DNA of 61,655 bases, filler included, from Choristocarpus tenellus KU-1152 (taxonomy: Eukaryota > Protista > Phaeophyceae): NCBI GenBank assembly GCA_964200185.2. It is 9 parts of 9 records of this genome, joined end to end, with 100 filler letters (N's around TTAATTAATTAA, not from the genome) between each part and the next. Parts side by side here need not be neighbours in the genome. Positions count along the whole stretch, not along the records: positions 48,377 to 54,497 come from CAXNAD020008888.1; positions 54,598 to 58,475 come from CAXNAD020017424.1; positions 58,576 to 61,655 come from CAXNAD020022460.1; 6 more parts are not named here. The stretch is one strand, 5' to 3'. A program made the translations under genes and the position numbers. Position 1 is the stretch's first letter, and each line of letters opens with the position of its first letter. The notes beneath the pieces are model-generated. The model was not told where the DNA came from. It made no database searches and saw nothing but the letters and a program-made list of their open reading frames with translations. Below, in pieces: positions 54,107 to 61,655 of this stretch.

Positions 54107-55515
54107 GGTATTGGATATTGGGACCTCAAGAGCAATGTTCATATATGATCCAAGATGTTGAACTGCAAGCATTATTCAGGGACTGTTGCTGCTGTGGGGG
54201 ATTTTAAGGAAATTATTCAGTGTGGGGAAAGGGAATTTGAAATGTAGTGCTTAAAGTACTCATGTTGTGTCTGAATTTGGGGCTCACCTCTACTCATTGA
54301 AACATAACTTGAGGTCAATATGTGATCATCCTATTCAACCCACCCCTGGACGTATTGTGTATGGAAACAAGCTCACCATCATTGATTAGGATGGAAATCA
54401 GTCTTTTTAGGTTTACCAAGAGGGGGGAGCAGGGGTTATATACCCTGGGGTCATGGAGGGTAGAGAAAAAAAAAATGGACAACACAACCCACACCATNNN
54501 NNNNNNNNNNNNNNNNNNNNNNNNNNNNNNNNNNNNNNNNNTTAATTAATTAANNNNNNNNNNNNNNNNNNNNNNNNNNNNNNNNNNNNNNNNNNNNTGT
54601 GGGGGGGGGGGAATGTAAAGGCCCTTCCCCTGGGCCCCCCCCCAAAGGCCCCCCTGGGTGTAATTCCCCCCCCCCCCCCCCCCCCCAGATACTTTGAGCC
54701 ACTACTACTACTGCTGCTGCTGATATATTGAATATACTAAACTCAAGGGTATACAAAGGTATATCTTCTTAGGTGCGTAGTGAACACAAACAAAAAAAAA
54801 AAATTGGTGTGTTACAGACACACTACAGCTACTCCTCCTGCTACTGCTGATGCTACATATGACCACACCAAACTCAAAAGCACACCCCCCATTGAATACG
54901 TACTAAAAATACAAACACCCCAAAAAAAAATGACATACACACAACTGCTGCTGCTACAATGACTACACTAAACCCTAACCCTAACCCTATTAAGCAAGAA
55001 GTAATACATACCCCCCCCCAAAAATAAAATAATATATATATATATACATACACAATACAAAATATCAAAGTGCCAAATATTAACCATTATTCCGGCAGTC
55101 CCAAGTTACCATGGCAACTCCTACAGTGCAGCGTTTTAGAAGGTAACTTGGGAGTTGATTCACAGGGAGTGATTTTCCCGGAAAGGACTCTGTACCGGTG
55201 AGAACCACAGATCCCAAACAAGGTTTACGTCTAACCTGGTTCCTATGGACTTACGTCAACCTCCTATCTCTCCGTTCTCAAGTCCTTCAAAACCTACTTG
55301 CCCTGGCAATATTAACTTCTGGTAACGAAAGACGAGAGTGTGCCGGTTAATATTATTAACACTTCTAAGAAAAAAAAAACGGAAAAAAAGGAAAAAAACG
55401 GAAAAAAGTCGTTAACGTTCAGTTATATAGAGGCCGCCGAAGGGGTTTCGGTGAAGGATCACAGAGAAAAAAATTTCACTAAAAAAAAAAAAAAAAAAAA
55501 AAAAAGCACCGCATA

Positions 55516-55581
<66 letters not shown>

Positions 55582-55629
55582 AAAAAAGTAGTAAAAGTTA
55601 AGTTAAAAAGAGGCCGCCGAAGGGGTTTA

Positions 55630-55685
<56 letters not shown>

Positions 55686-56158
55686 GCACCGCATATTTAT
55701 TATGGGTTCTCTATAGGAAACCCTTCTTCGGGTTCCTTTTTCCCGATTCTTTGCCCTATTAGCACACAAGCGGGACGCGACGAGAGCAACAGTTACAAAC
55801 AAATTACACTATAGAGGATCAGTGAGAAACGGGTTGTAAGGCTGTCGGATCATGTGCAAAATCTAGCGCGTAAGGCTTTTAGTTAGAGGGGGCTAAAAAA
55901 ATAAAAAATAAAAAATAATAAAATAAAAAGCTTGTGCCTTCGAACGTACTTGATTGTAGGCGTCAGGGTTAGGGTTAGGGTTAGGTTTAGGGCTAGGTTT
56001 AGGGCTAGGGCTGGGGCTGGGTAAGACATCAACAATCATGCCACCGATAGGATTGATCGAGGTAACGACAAAAGGGAGTGACTGCACCAAGGTACCCCTT
56101 ATCTCCAGAGTATACTTTTTTTTATTAGAACCATCCAAGGAACACAAAAAAGCATACT

Positions 56159-56161
56159 CTC

Positions 56162-56204
<43 letters not shown>
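56159..56204. repeat. (CT)n microsatellite
   Basis: Near-perfect CT run. Confidence 0.95.
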
Positions 56205-56207
<3 letters not shown>

Positions 56208-56355
56208 CTAATTTTTCTTTTTCTAACCATCTAGCTCTTGCAGACAAAATATATTTTTTTCTTTCATATCATTACATTTCGTACACAAGCAGAAAAAAAA
56301 CAAAAAAAAACAAGTTGAGCAGAAAGAGGTCCGCATCGATTGCCCCTTGACTACA

Positions 56356-56553
56356 AGGCACAGCATCCAAGGACTAAATCTTGTCTACTAGGCATAGCAT
56401 CCAAGGACTAAATCTTGTCTACTAGGCATAGCATCCAAGGACTAAATCTTGTCTACTAGGCATAGCATCCAAGGACTAAATCTTGTCTACTAGGCACAGC
56501 ATCCAAGGACTAAAGCTTGTCTACCAGGTACAGCATCCAAGGCCTAAATCTTG
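56356..56553. repeat. 34-bp minisatellite, about 6 copies
   Basis: AGGCA(T/C)AGCATCCAAGGACTAAATCTTGTCTACT repeated head-to-tail with no spacers. Confidence 0.95.
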
Positions 56554-56765
56554 CCTCAACCTACATAACATGCCCCAGAACACCTTTTCTCTAAATGCAA
56601 GAATCAGGAAACACAATTAATGATCCGATCAAACTGCTTCCTTGTGTAACACAAGAACATAACATTCAACAATAAGGGGGGTNNNNNNNNNNACCTATAT
56701 CGCAGCCAGAACGGCTGGGGTGGGGGGGGGGGGGGGGGAAAGGAAAAAATAGTTCTATGGCTAAC

Positions 56766-56881
56766 CTTCCATATGTCCTGAGGGCAATTGCCAGAAATGG
56801 CAATGTGGCAAGCATGACGAGATTAAGCCTCCAGGAAAGCACAAAGAGATAGGCGATGCCCCCTATCACCGTCACGAGCGA
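56766..56881 (-). CDS. Exon of an ABCB-type ABC transporter transmembrane domain
   Basis: CAG|SLVTVIGGIAYLFVLSWRLNLVMLATLPFLAIALRTYG|GTTAGC; the SWRLxLVxLxxLP motif is typical of ABCB TMDs. Confidence 0.75.
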
Positions 56882-57150
56882 CTGGCAGTTACAGAGTGAC
56901 AGTTACAGAATGTGTTAGAATCATCACCAGATTAAGACTCCAAGAGAGCACAAAGATATACGTGATCCCCCCTATCGCCGTCACAAGTGACTGGCAGTTA
57001 CAGAGTGACAGTTACAGAATGTGTTAGAATCATCACCAGATTAAGACTCCAAGAGAGCACAAAGATATATATATATACACGATCCCCCCTATCACCGTCA
57101 CGAGCGACTGGCAGTTACAGAGTGACAGTTACAGAGTGACAGTTACAGAA
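56820..57150. repeat. About 120-bp tandem triplication spanning the ABC exon acceptor
   Basis: GATTAAG...CCCTATC(A/G)CCGTCAC...GACTGGCAGTTACAGAGTGACAGTTACAGAATG occurs three times. Confidence 0.9.
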
Positions 57151-57517
57151 TGCGTGCGAGCGGTCACGTGTATGTGTGTGTGTGTCCATGTGTTTGGGAT
57201 AGGGGGAGAGGCGGGAGGGAGGTCAAAACACTTGAGCACTTTGATTAGATCCTTTGCCTTGGATGCATCCATCGATCGAACAAGCATCGACAAGATCACT
57301 CCAAAAAAAGAAATATATATATCTTAATTTTAAAAAGTTTGCAAATCTGTGGTCGTTTAAAAAATCAAAATAATAAAATTAGACCTAAAAAACAAAACAA
57401 AAAAAAACACACACACAAGCACAAACGCACTTGTAAACAACCGTCTCGTTAAGCTGTCCTTGCCCTTCTTTGTCCCACACAACCAGATATATTATTACTA
57501 TTACTATTCATTAGCTA

Positions 57518-57783
57518 GTTATCGGAGTTGAGAAGAGAGTGAGACACCATCACTAGATGGGGCTCACCAAACCTTACAATAAATTACCCAGAATATCAAA
57601 TGACTCAACAGTTCTCTAGGACAGGTCAGAAAACACTCCGACTCTTAACGTTCCGCCAAATTCCTTCTGGTCAAATACCCTAACCCTAAATATCCCTAAC
57701 GTCACGCATCATCACTTGTACGTACATAAAATATTAACCTAGAATCTTATTCTCACAAATGGTTGGTCAAGCATAATCTTACA
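57518..57783 (+). repeat. Dispersed ~260-bp repeat, copy 2
   Basis: Matches 53848-54106. Confidence 0.75.
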
Positions 57784-57787
57784 ACTG

Positions 57788-57960
57788 TCTACATATATAT
57801 AATACAATATACATACTACATACATATAATATAATATACATACTACATAAATATAATATAATATACATACTACATACATATAATACAATATACATACTAC
57901 ATACATATAATATAATATACATACTACATACAATATAATATACATACTACATACAATATA
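57788..57960. repeat. AT-rich ~27-bp minisatellite
   Basis: ATATACATACTACATACATATAATA(T/C)A repeated about six times. Confidence 0.9.
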
Positions 57961-58756
57961 ATTAATATATATTACATACATATAGCAAAAAAAAGAGCAA
58001 AAAAAAACAAAAAAGAAAAGCACAAAAAAAATACAATTTTTTGCATCATACATAAAACGCTCGAGGAAAAAAAAAAAAAAAAATATATTTACACTTCGGT
58101 GGCGTGCGCACAGAACATCAGGTTAAAAAAAATTAAGTATTATTTTATTTTGTCTCTCTTTTAATCCAATTCGAATTGAGTTTCAGACAAAGCAGCTACA
58201 ATGGAGACCTCAACCAAGAGCAACCCCACACAACAGAACAGGGAAACGCCAACTACCTCTCTCTCTCTCTCTCAAGACCAAAAACAACCCCATCCCCATC
58301 CTCATCTCACGGGACACCCCTCCCCTCCACAACAAGACGCGCGCAGAGCGAAAAAGAAGAAAAAAGAAAACGCCTCCCACTCTCAAAACAGGGGGGGGGG
58401 GGAGGGGGGGGGTCAGTCACACTTCGACCGCGCGAGCAAAAAGCCTACCTACAGTCCAGTCCATAAACAAACACANNNNNNNNNNNNNNNNNNNNNNNNN
58501 NNNNNNNNNNNNNNNNNNNTTAATTAATTAANNNNNNNNNNNNNNNNNNNNNNNNNNNNNNNNNNNNNNNNNNNNCCCCCCAGATACTTTGGGTGTAAAA
58601 CAACTTTGGCGCAGAAGCATCTTGTACTTCGTACTACCATCTACAGCACAAGTCGAAATTTTCAAAACAAATTACCCCTCTTCCACACCCAATCCAAACG
58701 GCGGCAACTGTCCCAGGTCCAAACTTTGAACCCAACAGCAACTTCCCTGAGCCATA

Positions 58757-59015
58757 GAGTCAAAGTATCTTAGAGGGTATAGTCGCCTCCATTTGGGGGC
58801 CAAAACCCAATGTTGCAATTTTGATGTAGTTTTGGCTATCATGTTTGTTTGGAAATGTCAATATCCTTGTTCTGGACACACCTTTTCATAACATACACAT
58901 TATACCTACTCCGAAACATTTTGGAATAGGTAAAATGTCATTGAAAACCCGTGGGAGGCCAAGCCCCAAATGGACAAACAGGGAAAAACTCGTAACCTCT
59001 AAGATACTTTCACTC
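58757..59015 (+). mobile_element. MITE family A, full copy
   Basis: TIRs present; TSD ATA. Confidence 0.92.
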
Positions 59016-59179
59016 ATAATCACATAGTCTATACCCACTCAAGTGCCAAGCACAGGTTCTAAAGACATTTTATTCCAAAATACATAAAAAAAAAAGGATG
59101 GCGACTGGGTCAAAGTATCTGGGGGGGTGGTGGTTTGTAAGGGGGCGTTCGTTTCGGCCCCGACGAGCTGCTCAAAGAT

Positions 59180-60518
59180 TATGGGAATTGCTGTCTTCAG
59201 TCGTGGACCGATCAAGGTGGTCACAATACATAGTATCAACTCCGATAATTGGTCATCCACAGTGCGTCAGGTGATAATGAAGATGGACGCCAAGGGGCTG
59301 AATTATAGTACGAGCACCATAAATAGGTGGTTGGATGATATGGGGGCCATGCCGAATCGCCGTTGGATCAAACCCAAGCTTAAACCGTGGCAAAAGGTAT
59401 GGAGAATTGACTTTTTTGTTTGCGATCAAGTGAATCGGAAACGTTGTGTGTACGCCTCCATGGCGAACACGATCCATGTGGCTGAAACCTGGTTTTATGT
59501 GATGGCTGATGGGGAAAGGTTTAGGGTATTTCCACATGAGGATGATAGCGACCTTCCAGGGTCCCCTACTGTGCAGCACAAGAGAAGAGTCATATCCCCA
59601 AAATTATGATCATTCCAGTCAAGGTCTGCCCAGATTCGTCTCACAGCTTTGATGGAAAGCTTGGTATTTGGTGTGTGTGTGCACCAAAACGGCAGACAGG
59701 ACAAGCAAGAACCATAAAAAGGGGGATGTGTATCAGCAGGACGTTTCCTAGATCATTTGTGATATAGGAAATGGTACACAGAGGAGTTGTTACTGCCTGC
59801 AATCAAGACCAAGATGCCTTGGTTCCAAGAGAAGCACGTTGTCATTCAGCAAGACGGTGCCACCCTCCACACGGGCAAGGGCAACTCAGAAATATTGTCA
59901 GGGACAGAGAAGACTGAGGGGTGGTCGATTAGGGAGTCAATGTATCTTAGGGGGTAGAGCCGCGTCTATCTGGGGACCAAAATCCAATCTTGCAATTTTG
60001 ATGTAATTTTGACTATCATGTTTGTTAGGAGATGTCAATATCCTTGTCTGGACACTACTTTTCATAGCGTATTACTTACTCCAAAATGTTTTGGTGTAGG
60101 TCAAATGTCATTAATAACCCGTGGGAAGCCAAGCCCCATATGGGTAAACAGGGAAAAATTCGTACCCTCTAAGATATCTTCACTCAGTCTTGTAACGCAG
60201 TCATCTAACTCCCCCGACCTCAATATCATGGATCTGTGCTTCTTCAAGTCTTTGAAATGCCGGGTGAGGGGGGAGCGGTTTGGGTCCGTCAAGGAGATGA
60301 TGAAGGTCATTGAGAAACAGTATGAGGATTATGATGAAATCACACTTGAGAGGGCTTGGCAGCTCCTTTTTGTGGTGTACAATCAAGTACTTAGATACGA
60401 TGGGGGAGATGACTTCAGTGTGGAGCACACAGGGGTAAGGAAGAGGCAGTTGTCTGGTGACCTTGAAAACACGCTGAAAGTAGACATGGAGACTTTTCTG
60501 TGGCTGATAAAGTTGTGA
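59180..60518 (+). mobile_element. Decayed Tc1/mariner transposase (plant-mariner-like, D-40-D spacing) interrupted by a MITE
   Basis: IKPKLKPWQKVWRIDF, IHVAETWFY (first D now A), FDGKLGIW, PAIKTKMPW, IQQDGATLH, NSPDLNIMDLCFF; several frameshifts. Confidence 0.9.
59934..60185 (+). mobile_element. MITE family A nested in the mariner transposase
   Basis: TIRs present; flanks AGG/AGT; removing the element restores GWSIR-LVTQ in frame. Confidence 0.92.
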
Positions 60519-60799
60519 TGGATGGGGAGTAATAATAATAAAAGGAGCTGAGCCTAACCAGAACTTCGTCATGGATTCCAAATCTTCTTTCAGAAATGAA
60601 TTTCATCAACATCTTCAAACGCTATGGACAACGCGGAACAGATTATGACACGGAGGTAGTAACATCATATTTCTTTTCCAGAATCCAATCTAAACTACTG
60701 ATGAATAAAAAAAAACACTTTGTGGTAACAAGTTAAGACACATGTGATTTCCGCTAACTCTGAAAGTAAACACATGGTCATGCAGTCCTGCAGTTCTAA

Positions 60800-61475
60800 T
60801 TATTGTCCACATTCCATCGAATGAGAAGCTCAGGTGAGAGCCATGAGTGCATGATCTCATCCATTTTTGAAGTTTCAGGGTGAAGCTCATCATCAGTGAA
60901 AGTGTCTGAACTTGCTGGTCCTTTGACTTCCCCACTATGTGCAAATCAAAGATCTGTTGAGGAGCATCAATGCAATCCTTGATGGCAACTTCCGGCAAGT
61001 TCATACCAAAGAACCTTGTGACCTTGCGGAAGAATGTTGATTAATCAGAGAGTACATCCTCATTGAAAAAAAATAGCGATTCTGATCGAAGAACTGTCCC
61101 GAACAGTATACCCCTGACCATTGTCCTTTGGCAGTAGCTGAACAAAAGACTGAGAACATACGAATTTAACTCGACTTGTGAATCTATCCAGTTCTGGTTT
61201 CTTCCCATGAAGTACAGACTTGTTGCTGCTTCTCGAGGATCACGAATTATGGCCAACTGGGAGCTCTCATCCACAATGCTGCAACTATCACTGCCAAGGG
61301 ATTCATCCAAGCATGCCAAGAATTTTCTTCTTTTCACTAGTTTGGACGTATCAGTGACATTAGTGCACGGATAGGTAAAAGGCTCTGAAGTCGCGACCGT
61401 GGACCGGGATGCGTAGTTGACGGCGCAATCCAATCCAAGAGGGAGATGATGCTTTTCGAATTCCACCACACGCAT
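60800..61475 (-). pseudogene. Sulfotransferase pseudogene (or sequence-error-disrupted gene)
   Basis: 3'-PB-like motif IIRDPREAATSLYF, then FFNEDVLSD*STFFRKVTRFFGMNL with an in-frame TAA at 61043-61041. Confidence 0.65.
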
Positions 61476-61576
61476 TTCGACCCTGTGTCAAGGTCATGCA
61501 CAGGGTTACAAATTCAGAATTGAGAAAATTGTGGAAGAATTCAAGCCATTGATATATTGTGCTTAAATGTGGCTTG

Positions 61577-61615
61577 ACTCAAAGTATCTGGGGGGGGGGG
61601 GGGGGGGCAGCGGGG
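61577..61615 (+). mobile_element. MITE family C terminus (other isolated ends near 11105-11142, 36355-36413, 54650-54700, 58576-58595, 59107-59130)
   Basis: GACTCAAAGTATCTGGGGG..., or its reverse complement CCCCCAGATACTTTG. Confidence 0.7.
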
Positions 61616-61655
61616 GGTGGCAGTCGGCAGCGGCGGGGGAGAAGGGAGTGTGCTC

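Noticed and set aside
55365-55700. Duplicated GAGGCCGCCGAAGGGGTTT units with long poly-A as SINE tails or a poly-K protein
   Set aside because: Homopolymer-rich, low-quality-looking sequence with no Pol III boxes or TSD; may be an assembly artefact.
55965-56020. Telomere or telomere-addition site
   Set aside because: Only 2-3 TTAGGG units, degenerate and interstitial; similar short runs are scattered across the window.
56356-56553. CRISPR-like array
   Set aside because: The 34-bp units are contiguous with no unique spacers, no cas genes are present, and the context is eukaryotic.
11004-58575. Eight TTAATTAATTAA palindromes as a biological motif or recombination site
   Set aside because: Always centred in identical N-runs; this is a six-frame-stop contig linker.

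Overview
Intron-rich eukaryotic DNA, most likely from a brown alga or related stramenopile (Ectocarpus-type LRR gene, ASAFAP-like plastid-targeting motif, scattered TTAGGG). The window is nine contigs joined by an artificial 100-bp linker (N44-TTAATTAATTAA-N44), so adjacency across linkers is not biological. Reconstructed spliced genes: a head-to-head pair (coiled-coil, probably tail-anchored protein on -, and an N-myristoylated EF-hand protein on +); an LRR gene built from 72-bp phase-1 one-repeat exons set in kilobases of duplicated intron modules, with one decayed exon; a plastid-targeted rhodanese/sulfurtransferase; and fragments of two sulfotransferases and an ABCB transporter. Mobile DNA: about 20 copies or ends of three related MITE families sharing a CAAAGTATCT terminal core with 3- or 4-bp target duplications, two decayed mariner-like transposases (one split by a MITE), and relics of a tyrosine recombinase and LTR elements. 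The best candidate for an interesting system is the modular LRR exon-cassette locus; the next is the unclassified MITE group. All gene models were read by eye from splice signals and reading phase; no database search was run.
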